Origin: Pavona decussata
Taxonomy: Eukaryota
Length of the DNA: 64,000 nt
Assembly: GCA_977016875.1 (NCBI GenBank)
Contig: CDRNST010000078.1
Coordinates: 248,001 to 312,000, forward strand
Reading direction: 5' to 3'
Within the stretch, counting starts at the first letter, position 1. Each line of letters opens with the position of its first letter. The notes under the pieces are model-generated. The model was not told the DNA's origin and did no database searches. It worked only from the letters and a program-made list of their open reading frames with translations. The position numbers and the translations under genes are program-made. This document shows positions 36,002 to 49,547 of the stretch, in pieces.

Positions 36002-36647
36002 AGGGGTATCGAATGGACTTTGCGAGCAGTGTGTTTATTTTTGCGACCACGAGCAGTTGACAAATTTTTCTTGCGAGCAGCGAGCACTTTAAAAATACAG
36101 ATGGAAAGCGTCTTTAGAAAAATACAAATGGCGAGCGTCTTTAGAAAAATACAGATGGCGAGCGTCTTTAGAAAAATACAGATGGCGAGCGTCTTTAGAA
36201 AATACAGATGGCGAGCGTCTTTAGAAAAATGGCGAGCACCGAACACTTCGAGTACTTCGTAAATTTTCCGCTAGCAGGAATCTCTCTTTTATTTAAAATA
36301 GGATACGTTGTTTTGCGCCAAGCAATAGCTAATAATCTGGCTGACACCTCCAAAACAGAACAATAGTTACAGGCTGAACTCAGTTGAAGAAAGACTGAAG
36401 CCAGAGGTAAGGATGTTTCAAACTTTTTGTTTTAACCATGTCATGACTGATTTATCCTTTATATATGTATAAAATATAACTACAAAGGATCAGCAATTAA
36501 CGAAATTTCGAGCAATCGAGCACATGTTAACGAGCATGCGAGCAGTTCAAAAATTTTGCGAGCACCCGTGTAATTTTTGCGAGCAATTCGAGCAGAGGCC
36601 AAATTTTGTGAGCTCTTTTAAATTGAATGAGACCATTGGATACCCCT
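36002..36647. mobile_element. TIR element containing a 27-bp minisatellite (about 5 copies, 36092-36236)
   Basis: AGGGGTATCGAATGG ... CCATTGGATACCCCT, with AAAAAC on both flanks. Repeat unit aatacagatggcgagcgtctttagaaa. Many gcgagca subterminal motifs. Confidence 0.8.
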
Positions 36648-39324
36648 AAAAACTAAAAAAAAAAAAAAAAATTGACTGCTCACAATTTTCCTGCAAATTC
36701 CTGTTTCTTTTAGTTTCTCTTTAAACGTTTGTAACAAAATGGTGTACGAAATGCACCAAAAAACCCGGGAGATTTGGCATAAATGCTTTCGGTTTGCCTT
36801 GTACAGTGTTTTATGCTACATTTTTTATGGTGCAATACCCAATTGCTGTATCATTTACTGAGTGTGAATGAGGGGTATTTTGAAACAATTTATATTCCGT
36901 TCATGTTGTCCTTCAGCAGCATGGTTAAGAATATATGAAACTTCTTTTGAGGCCTTAAACGGCTGTTTAAAAGGTTTTACTTTTAAAAAGCAGTTTAAGG
37001 CCTCAAAAGAACAGTTTTATATAATTTATATTCCCTTAGAGATTTATATTGTAAATAGTTCCAGGTAAATATGGTGATTGTAAGCTACTGTAGTAAAGGG
37101 GTTTGATTATTCCAATAAAGATAACTTTAAAACTACCAATTTTTTTGGGTGACAATTTTTATATAAATAACTAAGAAGTTGTGAAATATATAAAGTCGGT
37201 AGCTAATTCAAAAATATGTTGGATGTAACTCTTTTAAAGGTTTGTAATTTTTTACCAGATCTTTTATGCTCAAAGAATGCGTCATATAATGAAGGCTTTA
37301 AGTAATTTTGACTGAATTTGTGGATGAATGATCTTTGTGTGAATATTAAAATAAAAGCTACTGAGCAGTATTTTACTCTGGTACTGATTATTATGCTGTA
37401 TAAGGTGGTTCTAATGCTTGAGATTATGAATGAAATCCTAAAGTGTGACAGTTCAAATGAAAGCTATTGGGCAATACTTTCCTGTGGTGCTATTTATTAT
37501 GCTGTATAATTTGGTTCTCACTGAAGGTAAGTTTGTAGTATCGTCATCCAATTTACAGCCAAACCTGTCTTTAGGAGACGATTGTGGAAAATCTGCAAGT
37601 GTTCGCATCAGATACACGGCCACTGCCACTGACCAAAGTTGAGTCTGAACACAGGTGACGAGTTTTGAATGTTAACATAATTTAACATATTAAATTTTGC
37701 GTCGTTTTACACAAACAATACCAGTATATATTCGGTTTTACAATGAGTGTTGCTCACGTCAAGTCTAGTTATAGGAAAAAAATAATCTACACTTAGCATT
37801 AACCAGTTGTTCCTTTTTTTCTTGTCTCTCTTGTAAGAGGGTCATCATGTTAAATTTTGTTTCTGCTACATGACAAAGGTATGATAAAATAAAACATTGA
37901 TACTGTGCTGCCATAAATATCTGATTCGGCGTAAAATTGTCGCCACAGCCTTTAATAGAGACTGCTTTCAAGTTTATGTATTTTATGCTTAAAATATTTC
38001 ATAATTTGTCAACTACCTTCTAATATAAGCTGTGTTTATCTTTATAGAGCTTGTTAGAATATGATGTACATATTCTTTAGATGCTGTTCAATAAAACCCA
38101 AATTAAGCACTTATTAAGTTGAGGGAGAATTTGCCATAACTATGCAAGGATCAAATGGATGAACAATCGATAAATTCACCTACACGGTACCTGAGTTCTT
38201 TCCAGCTGCCTTCAGTCCCCTTCAACAGTCGTAAAACATTTGGAATAGTGCTCACAACCATTTTACACAGTCTCGTGATCAACGAAACCCCGAGAAATTG
38301 AAATGACATAAGAATCGCTTGGAATTATCATTAATACAGAAAACGGTTAATAAAATGCACTATTAAATCATAAAAGGCAATCAAACTTATGAAAGAAGAG
38401 GTTTATAAGTGATATTGATCTAATGACTTTATCCAATACTGACACACTCTCGACCTTGAAATCATTTTGAATCATACCGTACATGCTGTCACTTGCCAAA
38501 GCTCGTTGTGCTTACCTCAACCTATCCTCTAGGGGTCGCCATTTCTCCTGACTCTACAGAGGGGGTAGGGGGATCTCCTTCGGAATTTTTGAAGGGAGGA
38601 TTTTACTGATCTAGATAATAAGATTTTATCTCTTCTAGCCAAGAAGTAACGACAAAAAAATCATATCTTACTCTAGTAATCTGTAACATATTTTTTGACC
38701 CAGAAACGGCTCAAAAATTTCACAAGCTTTGGCCCCATACAAACCTTCACAGCGTATATAAGAGACCACCCCCTTCGGGCGACAGGCTAAATTCACCGAT
38801 TTGTGATTTGCATGCATATGCTTATTATGATTTTGATTGATTAACAAGTACACCAGAAAAAATTAGTATAATGCTGTTAAAAAATAATCAAATTAAAAAA
38901 ACCTTGTTCCGACGCTAGTAGGCTTTCAAAAACGCGACGTTATAGTTAGTCCAAGTAATTTGAAACTAATAATCATGATTTTTCCCTCCTGTTGAGGGGT
39001 TTCGCTACAAGAATCTATCTACTGACATGTAAGATTGTGATGCGTTAAAACTGACCACAACGGCTTGAGTAATATGTATTTAAGGAAGTAATATAATATC
39101 GATCTGCTTTCTACGCAAATTACGCGTATTAGTTCTATTATTAATATTACCATTAACAACCACACAGCGTAAATACAGCATGATTGCGTCTTTTGGCGAG
39201 TCATGAGCGGTGATTTAGCAAGATGGCTACTTAAGAAATATTGAGAAATATATTTGTACATGTGTCTCACTTTGTTTTTCATTATTTTATTAGAGTTAGA
39301 AAGCAAAGAAGGAAAACTGACATC

Positions 39325-42300
39325 ATGGCAAACTTGAGGACCTGTTTTAGCTGTGTGTGTTCGTTCCAAGTAATGTTTCTCCTTGTCAGCTTGGCTGTAT
39401 GGAATGGTAAGCAGATATCAACCTAGTAGATCTAACCTCCTTCATACATTGACTGAGAGAACCAAACAAATTACGTTTATTATAACAAATGCCTCGGCAG
39501 TGTTTAAAGCACACAACATACCAATGAGAGTGAAAGTTAGAACATTATAAACAAATATTTCATGAAAATGAACATGGAAGCAGACCAGTTGGTTATTTAA
39601 AAAAGTTACTGAGGGGTTGATCTCAGGACTACACTATAAAACAACTCCGGTTAGCGGTCAGAGCAGATGGAACCCGGGACCTTCGTATTTCGTTCGGTGC
39701 CCTAACAACACTCCTTGACACTGCTCCCACATGGAGGTAGATTTTACGCGGATTCTGGCCATGGTTTCTCGGGGACCATGCAAGGGAGCTGTCTTTGATA
39801 AGAAGTTGTCAGTAATTTCTGTAAAAGTAGAGTTTTGAGCTACTTTTTGTCTTGTTGGGATCAAGGCAAGAGTTTCAACGACAAATGGTCTCTTCAGCAT
39901 CAAATAAAATAAAATGCCCCATATTTAACGAGTCTCTACCGGCCAAGTAAACCGTCTTATCCTTAAGGAGCGGTGTCCGAATTATAAATTAAGGAAAAAA
40001 GGGTTTACTTATAGCGACGGATTCAGTTGTGAACTGAACTGTTGAATTAATTTTAAGGTACATTTGGATATTGTTTATCTACAATATAGTAAACCTATGT
40101 TGGTAGCAAATCAATGCATCATATTTCGTTAAAAGGCCGTTTAAGTTAAGTTAGCAACCAGCTTTCACCGCGTGTCAGTGCATGTCCTTGCCACAAGGTA
40201 ACTACAGGCAATTTCTCTTGCCTTTCAACAACGTCAGTTAGGTATAAAGAGCAAGATACACGTTGTAAAACTTGGTTTCAGTTTTTCAGTTCGAATCGGT
40301 TAAGAAAATGTTGAGTCTCCGACGGCCAAGTCAAATACCATGACCTTTCGCGAATGTCGGTCGAATGTTCTAACCACTGAAAAACAGGGAAACTCGTGGT
40401 GAGCTACTCATACACTGATCCTGCATACAATCGAAATTGTTTAGGAGTCTGTCGTCATCATTGTCATTGATCATGCTAGGAACACCATTATTTTACCTCC
40501 GCTTCTCTTGAATTCCTTTCTTTTTGAAGTATGCAATAGTTCAGTTTTAAAGTGGAGTTGCTGTACGAAAACAAAAATATTCAAAGGTCATATATAAAGG
40601 TGGTATGTTGGTTCAACAAATTGAAAGTTAAATATAGTTAACAAAACTTCTTCTTAAAGTATTAAACAGCCGTCAGTGTTGACAAGATAGCGTGAACACT
40701 TACCTCAATGACAATCTCTAGGCTATGCAAGACAAACACTACAGGTTTAAAACAGTACGGGAAGACTGTCCTTTACTATCTACTAAAATCTATTCAGTAT
40801 AAAATGAAAAACAAAATTACTTTCATTTATCCCTACCTCTTGGAACTGGCAATCAATACCACTTTTTAACGTTGTATTGATTGATTGTTAGTGAATGTTT
40901 TCGTTTAATTCTCTGTTAATTTTCCGTGTAAATGTGATTAAATTGCAATGTTCTTTTCTGACAATATAAAATAGTCTGAACTTGTTTATTGTTGACTTTA
41001 GGTAATAAACGGACCCCGTTTTTACCTAACCATGTGTCCCACTGTGCACATGAAAGACTTAGAGCAACTACGTCACTCTTAATGCCTCTTACACGTAACA
41101 AAGAGCGTAAATTTCATATTTTAAAGTTCTCCCTCCATAATCTGTCTTAGTCTTACTCCACCCATAAAACTTACAAAGACACCAGTTCTTTCAGGGCTAC
41201 GTTTACCATACAACTAGAAGAAAATTCTGTACATTGTGCTTGAGTTAGCATCTTAAATATTCTAATTGTGTTGTCCTTTTTTCCCTTGTATAAGCCGCAG
41301 AATAAAATACACAATATAGCATTGTAAGGTCGAGAAACGTAAAAGAGAATCAGTAACTATCCGTAAAGTTAATTACCCATAATTAATGGTGTACGTATGT
41401 CTGTAAAATATTGCACGCTTCAGAGATATGTCTACCTCATGTTAAACTCAACAAGGATCGTACTTAATCCTGATCTAGTGTGGTCGAATTCAGAAACAAG
41501 AATGACGATGAAATATCGGGTTATATTGCATCCAAGTGAAATTAGTCTCCAAACGTTACATTTATAAGAGGTAGTCAAATAGCTTATATTGAAGGTTTCC
41601 AGGAGGAATGTTGAGACGGCAGCAGCTTATCAGCGCTTAAAAGAGCGATTACTTGAGTCAACTTTACATGAAGTACCTCGTCTTTTAGAGTTGCTATTTC
41701 ATAAGCTGTCTACATTTATCAGCATTATGAAATACAAAAAAACCCTAATCTTATCACCTCCTGGCTTAGGCATTTTTTAAAAATAGTTAGTATTAGCAAC
41801 AATTTGTAAAAGACATTCAAGCAAACGGTGTTTGAGGCTGGAGGAAAACCTGCTTTACTGGGTTTGGAAACAACAAAGACTATGACGATGATGATAATTA
41901 ACAAGTAAACCAACGTGTTTAATTGAAAACCACTTTCCCTACGAGCAAAATGATATCCTTCATAATCTGGCTTGTTCCCGTCCCAGTGTAATCTTTTGTT
42001 CTCTGTTGAAAAACTCACGTTCCTTTTTCGTTGCCCATGGTTCCTTGTTGTGAAATAGCAGTGTTTTCTTTCTTTATTCACTAGATATTATAGGGAAATT
42101 GTAACAGGCAAATGATAAATTAAAAGATAAGCTATTTTGCTTCTTGCCAAATTTCCACTGATGTAACTCATAATTTCTTTTATTTTTTGCAGAGGCATTA
42201 GAACTTGATTTCAATCTTACACGGAAGGAAATCATAACTTTTCTTGGACAGAAGGCAAATCTCGGTTGCTATGCAACCAATACAAACTCGCCTTTGACTT

Positions 42301-43364
42301 ATTTCTGGACAAAAGACAATCAAACAGTCACGCAATCGTCAAACGTAAGAGCTTTTGGCTACCTACTTGTAGTCACGCCAGAGGAGGATAAAGATTTTGG
42401 AACATATGAATGTAACATCACCAACGGAGTGTCAAGTACTCGATGCACTATCTTGCTGTCGAAAGGCCTTAATAAAACAGGTAAGTACAGATGCACTGGA
42501 TGGATTTGTACCATTATTGCAACGCTCTTTGAGGCGTTCAAATCTAATCCGATCTTTCCACGTTTAGAGTGTAGGCTCAATTAACGGGAACAAGTCTAGT
42601 GTTTTGCTTCTTGTATCCAGATCTCCCACCGCCAGGATGAACGCAAGTGGGATCTGTCTTGTATCCTAACGCTGAATTTCTACAAATACTTTATTTGACT
42701 CGTCCATTACTTCCAACCGGAGATAGTGATCAAACCAATTACTGTGTCAAAAAGTGACAGTGATGTTATTACACTTTCTCCTTTTAGTAAGAAAACTTGT
42801 CATATAATACTTGAACCAACTGTTTTTCTCGCAATACATTTTCCGGTGGTTTACGCCAATTACAGATATTTGAGGTCGAGTGTTTGTTAGATCTAATTGT
42901 CCAGTTCAACACCTTAGGTTTAATTTACCACCCAGTTGAAAGACGCTCTAAACTTTTTTAAATTTCCTTTTGTTACAGAGAATGATGGGGGAAATTCCCA
43001 AAGTAAGCGTACGACTGGATGCGTGAACATTTCAGTTTTGATGCCTGTATTGGCTGTAGCAGTGATGTCACTCCTTCTGTTTGTTCATCTTGTAATACGT
43101 GGAAGGCCGACCTCAAAAGATCAAATGATAGCAAGAAGGATGAAACAAAGTGAGGAGACCAGCAGTCGCCAAAGCGAAGCAAGTACTTCTGTCATCGAAG
43201 AATCCATTGAAATGCATGTCAACAAACATTCGTCACAACCACCTGTCAATGGGCACGTGTCACGCTCAGCTATTAATGAGCACGCGTCACACTCGCCTGT
43301 CAACGAGTACGGGTCACAGCTGCCAAACCAGGAAGCTCAAAACAACAACGCCACACAATTTTAA
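39325..43364 (+). CDS. Single-Ig-domain type I membrane protein, paralog 2
   Basis: Exons 39325-39406, 42193-42480 (NLGCY...YFWTKD...LVVTP..DKDFGTYECNITNG) and 42979-43364 (GCVNISVLMPVLAV TM plus ~90-aa tail). Confidence 0.85.
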
Positions 43365-45009
43365 GAGAAATGCTAGCAAGTCAACATGTGAACTGGAAAA
43401 ATTGAAAATTTAGAAAAGTCTGATAGAACCTCAATATCTATCTCCACAAAAATCCCTTATTGTTACGACAGTCAAGAAATAAAATGTATTCTCTTGGGAC
43501 AGTTAAGTTGGTCACAGAAAACTCTGCGGGGGCCTCGGAACGAGGACCTAGCACTAAGGCCCCCAGTGGCTAAGAGGGACAGAAGGCTCTGGTGACGAGA
43601 ATGACTCCATATATGGTGCGAATATATGACATCACATTCTGATGTCATTCTGATATTTTAGCCCACACTCCCCTGACAAAACGCTTTGGGCTCTGGGGCC
43701 AGCTGCAAATTCTCCGTAGTTAACTTTTTTTTGTATTTCTTGTACGTTTGTATCGTGCAAATATCAAGGCACTGGAGAATGTAATTTTTGTTGACGGCAG
43801 CAAAAAATCATGACTCGCACAAAAAACAAAACAATACTACTCGAAATAATAACACAACTTGCGTATGTTTAGTTTATTTCGGCTGATGTCTATTTAAAAG
43901 TATGCAATAATTACAAACGTCAAAAATGTTTATGAATGTAACTACATGTAATGGAAACAGCTAAAAAATTAGGAAATTTAAGTATTTTCTTTGTTATGCC
44001 ATTTCGCATAATATTTCGTTGAAAGTTGTTTTTTTCGATTTGAATTCCAACTTGATAACAACTCTTTTTCTACAATACTGTAATGCTAACGACTCTTAAA
44101 ATTGGAAGAACTTGACTCTATTGATGTGTAAAAAATGTTAATTTTAATGTTTATCAATCTTTGCCTTACTAGAGCAAAAGCTGGAACTCTCGGTAGCAAA
44201 GGTCAACATTTCTAATTAAAAATCTTACAAGAACCTGCCAAAAGTCTAAGAAAAGGGCATTTTGAGATTCCCTGTTGAACTATATTTTATATAAAACACA
44301 TATGCTTGAGAAATAAGCAAAAACGGCCTTTCAGACTTCGAATATAAACTCGAGACTACCTAAAATGTTTCATTTTGACCTGACCTGTGTCAACTTTGCC
44401 GTAAGATCTAGTTTGTGATTGGAAACCAAAGATAACTATGTACTGCTAGCATTGTATTTAGAGAAAAATCATTAGTTGTATACGCGCAGGTGCTTCAATA
44501 TCACATCATCCACATTCATTTCGCGACGTAATCTTAACGCAGTTTCTCGCGCATACCTCGGAGAACCCCGCCTCCAACCCATCTCCTCAACCATCTGCCT
44601 TTACAAAACGTCACCTACAAAACGATTTTCGTTTCAACTTTGTCCTTGGCATATGGTTTTCAACAGCCACTAGATAAACAAAAATCAAAACACTCTCGTT
44701 CGCACGTTCAAAACCTTGTTCCTTTTCCCAATAAAGAACAACCTAATATAGAACTAACATTGTTCGACTAACCAACCAGATTGCTGGAAACTGAGTGACG
44801 TCAAAGAGAATCGATTGATCTCTAGAAAGTTCTAGGAATTGAATCAATCGAAATCCACGCCCGTTTAGCCAATCAAATTACTAACTCCAGCTCGTTTGGG
44901 TTTTGTTCGCGCGTAATAATTTTCAGGTCAAACGAAAGTCGTTGTTTCAGCGCCTAAAAATAAGCAGGACGTCATCTGATATTGGACTAAAACCACAGTC
45001 CTATTTTTA

Positions 45010-48000
45010 TCATTTTAAAACCGGTTCTTCTTTATCATTTTCTTCTTCAAAAGACATTTTCTCCATATAATGACTAACTTGAGGCTCTTCATCAGGTTCA
45101 TTGTCCTCGTTTCCTTGTTCAAAGTCCATTTTCTCCATATAATGACTAACCTGAGGCTCTTCGTCAGGTTCATCCTCCTCATTTCCATGTTCAAAGTCCA
45201 TTTTCTCCATATAATGACTAACCAGCGGTTCTTCGGATCCCTGGCTCACGGCTTCACCGTCACTTTCGTCACCAGGTAAGAAGAAATCTGCTATTCTTGG
45301 AGCCTGCGCTACAGCTGACTTGTGGTTTACATCGGAAGAAGCAGGCGTTTCTCCTTGGTGATCATCTTTTTCTGCTTCGCGAAGGATTTCTTCCAAGCGT
45401 GGGATCGCTTGCGTGCGCGGGCTTTCTAACACACCTGGGATGTCCTTCACATCCGGGCTGTCTTCCTGAACGCGGAGAATGTCTTCCAAACGTGGAATCT
45501 CTTGTACTCGCGGGCTGTCTAACGAGCGCGGACTGTCTAATGCAAGCGAACTGTCTAACCCGCGCGGACTTTCCATTGTGCGTGGACTGTCTGCGTATGA
45601 CTTGTCTTTCGCGATCGGACTGATTTCTGGCACACGAAGGATGTCTTCCAAACGTGGTATCTCTTTGTCGCTCGTGGTGTCTGATGATCGTGGGGTGTCT
45701 AGGGTGCGTGGACTATCTTGTGCTTGTGAACTGTCTTGTGTGCGTGCAACGTCTAAGTTTTCCCGCATTTCAATTTTCTCGCCTATGTGATGTTTTTCAT
45801 GTTCCACGATATGCTGATCAATTTCCTCTTTTTGTTTTCGTCGTTTCCTGAATCCACCGCAGCACGTTTTATTTTCCTTTTCTTCAATTTCTTCTTCCAC
45901 TTGCTCTGCATGATTCGCTTCTAAGGGTTCCTGGGCCATGTGTAACTGCAAAATGTCTTCTTCAGGGAGAAGCCATTGACGTCTCCGTCTCCACTGAACT
46001 AAGAAATGAATGTTTAAAAGAAGCGATACCATCATGACAGCCAGGACAGGCATCAGCACTGATAGATTTACACATCCAGTAACAACTCCAGGATAAGTTT
46101 GCGCTTCTGAAAAAAACACAAACACAAAAACGAACAAACTCTTAAAAGCGTTTGACACGAATGATGCTCTGTGATTAGTCACACGCGTGCGACCAACGCC
46201 TATGTTACAAAAATGCTTTGGCATGTGAGAATTTGTGAGAATCACCGAAGGCACACGAGAGGCAAGGAAAGGACACAAGAGAATCAGGCCAAAAGAGAGT
46301 AAAGATTTGGACTGTTATTGACTCTAGTTGTATATTGTAGTTCTAATGTCTTTCTCCTTACCAGTATTATTACATCCTGGACGCAAAGAAATACTGTATT
46401 TTGTACTAGTCCTGCCGTTGCTAACGTGACATTCATACGTTCCAAAGTCTGATTGTTTCTCTGGAGTTACTACAAGCGTGTTGTTATAGACTTTTATGTT
46501 TGATGATTGCGTGACGGTCACATTGTCCTTTGTCCAGGAATAGATAAGGGACGAGGAATTGGAGTGAGTCGCGTAGCAACCGAGATTTGCTGGCTGACCG
46601 AACGAAGTTGTGACTTCTCGTCGTGTGAGGTGCATGTCAAGTGTTGGGCCGTCTGAAAAACAAAACAAAGTCAAGTCCACGATCAATAGCTTAGGCTATG
46701 TTCACACTACACCAGCTAGCTTTTGTGGTGGCACGATACCAGATTATCCTTTTGTTCACACATGATACTATAACAATGGCGCAATTTTTCTACTGGAGCG
46801 CTGAAGCACCGCTCCGATTTCGAAGGTAGAGAACTTGGTAACGGAAAACTTTCGTATTCGCCTAATTAGCAGTGTGATCAGGTAACCGGATCGGCACGCC
46901 TACTAATTTTGTGCGGCAGGAAACCTATCCGGCTAAGGGCTACGTTGTGCCGTATCTGTGTAAACATCCAGACATATTTACCTTTGCTGATCCCTTCCTT
47001 TATTCTCAAGACCTGAATGTTTGATCAACTAATGACGTTGTAAGGAGAAATTTGATGCTGATCATTATTATCATTAGCGTTGAGAGTCCAGAGTCATTTG
47101 TCTCTACAAACCTCTTACAGTTTCTACCACGTAAAACTTCTAGTCCTTCGAACCCAAAACACACAAACCGGCTTTCCAGGATTTACCGAACCGACTGAAG
47201 AAAGCTTTAGGGTCATTTTAAAAAACTTAACGTTTTAATTTTCTAGTTGTTGTTCAGCCAGAGAGTCAGAATAGGGTCTGTTTGATATTTAGTCCTGTGT
47301 GAAAAATAAATGACAATTATCAGGCAGTAAAGACATTAATAAAAAAAACAATAAGATGCAAATTATTCTGCTCAACGATCACCTTCGGTTGATTTCACAT
47401 GCCATTAAAACAATTAGAAGGAGCAAACGATAGCTCGAAATACACGCAAACTGTATTTTATCGCCTTAGTTTTATCAAAAGGCTGTTATCCATTCTAATG
47501 ACCAAGTTAGGTAAGATATTTTTCACCGGAGGCCCTTAATGCGTTTCTTTGCTTCAGAGCTCAAGGTGGATCGATATCGCCTTTTTGGGGGCATTTCTAG
47601 AACAATTTGTTTTGGCACGAAAAACAATAAAGTATTTCAGCTAAAAAAAAAATTATGTTCAAGTTTTTTCGAATTTTGCCTACCAAATATTTACTTGGAA
47701 ACCGGACATTTTTCCTGTTTCCAGTTGGAAGATTATTTTACATTACAAAATATTCATCACGGATGAAGTGATTTGAGGTTGACGTAAGAAAGCAAAAAGG
47801 ATTACAAAATATCTATTTTACATTCTCCTCAAGAAAGAAGTTGAGATTAAGTCACAGAAAGGTTAGCTTAGAAACTTCGATTCTAATCAAACACTATTTT
47901 AGAAAATTTAGATCTCCTGACCATTCCGCTTCTAGAGGACAACAATTCTACGTTTTCTTGGGCCTGTGAAACAATAAAGTGACCATTCAAATGAAAGCTA

Positions 48001-49547
48001 CAGAGCAGAACTTTCCGTTGATGCATTTTACAGCGGTAAATGTTAGCTACACCGTCTTTCGAGTTTGGTGATTAAATTAAATCCTTAAGTATCACAATTC
48101 ACATAGAAAATACAGTAAGAGCTATACTTCCAAGTGGTCCTGTTTATTATGCTGTATGAGGTGTTTCTAGCTTTTGATTGTAAAATCCTTACGTGTGACC
48201 ATTCAACTGAATGAAAGCTACTAAGCAGTACTTTCCTGTGGTGTTGTTTATTATGCTGTACAAGGTTGGCTTCTAACTTTTGAATCACACTTTAGGATTT
48301 TATCCACAGACTCAAAAGTTAGAACCACTTTGTAAATGATTAAACAGCACCAGCTGACCTTGAACAACATGCCGCTAGCCACTGTGGTCAGTAAGATGGT
48401 ACACCTGTAAGTTTTATTTTAGCATACATTGGTCCTCTTGCTTCGCTGAGTGAAGCCCAAACAGGACAAACACCGGCAAGAACAAGGTAATAATTTACTA
48501 AGAATCGAGGTAAGGATCCCGTAGCATTCCTGGCTTTTGGAAAGAGAGGTTTTGATTTGAATGGCCACACTTTAGAATTTCATCCACAAAAAAGTTAGAA
48601 CCATTTGTCGCATTAAAATAAACAGCACCATGAGAAAGTGCTGCTCAGTACATTTCACCCACAGTACACCGACCATGTACATTACATATCTCAGAAATCA
48701 ATTTTAGTGCACAGAACAATGGAAAACTTGAAATAAATTGAAGTATAATTGTAATGAGATTCTAGCCATCAAAACTTGAGCTTAAAATATTGTTCTTGTA
48801 TCTTGTTCACATTGCAGTTTGTCGCCCCAATATAGAGCCCTAAAACCCATCACCACATCTACATTAGAACAACAGTGAACAAAACCTATTTAATTTCATC
48901 GTGCTTCGCAGAAAGCCTTGGTTTATATGTTTCATATATTCATAACAGAAAGTATTGGTTAACATTTAACCTAAGTTTCCTGATTCCTGACGATTGGAAG
49001 AAATTATGTTACGTGTTGCTTTACAATTTTTCAGATCCAATTTTGGCAAGATTTCCGCACAGCCTCATACGTACATCAATTATACATATTTTGCGACTCA
49101 AACGCTATTCATGCTCGTTCTTCGTGTAAGAGGGTTAGTATGACAGTGATGTAAAGTGATGTATGTAAAACAACAATATTAATGTATGGCAGTATGGGAC
49201 TATGCGGAAATCTCTCCCAGGTTTTTGATTAGTCTCGAACTAATATCTCTTGATCACGATCGATACACACAGATATTCCTCAAGAGGTCAACACACAGCA
49301 GCAAACATATCGAGATAAAAAAAAATGCTGATGAACTGCGCTAAATCGGTTAAACAGTTTGAGTTTGGTCTGTATCAAAGGACTTCAAAACATTACAAAC
49401 ACGAACAGATTATGATGGAAATAAGGTAACTTTCTAAAAGATATAGCTTACTGATACCTACTTACCATTTTTAACAGCAAAGGTGACAAAAACAAGCATT
49501 CCTTGAAAAATACAAACATGCCAGAGACATGTCCATGTAACCGCCAT
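45010..49547 (-). CDS. Single-Ig-domain type I membrane protein, paralog 3, with a long acidic repetitive tail
   Basis: Exons 49547-49466 (MAVTWTCLWHVCIFQGMLVFVTFAVKN), 46652-46362 (NLGCY...YSWTKD...LVVTP..QSDFGTYECHVSNG) and 46106-45010 (GCVNLSVLMPVLAV TM plus ~325-aa tail). Confidence 0.88.

Noticed and set aside
36092-36236. CRISPR-like array of 27-bp repeats
   Set aside because: The repeats are contiguous with no unique spacers, the context is eukaryotic and there are no cas genes.
35962-36262. ORFs with KIQMASVFR / LKTLAICIF repeats
   Set aside because: They are translations of the minisatellite inside a MITE.
45060-45230. ITIM/ITAM call for the SHYMEKM repeats
   Set aside because: The Y+3 residue is Lys, so it fits neither the YxxL/I/V nor the YxxM consensus.
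46107-46278. N-terminus of the 422-aa minus ORF
   Set aside because: It is intronic; the acceptor at 46107-46109 matches the paralog exon structure.
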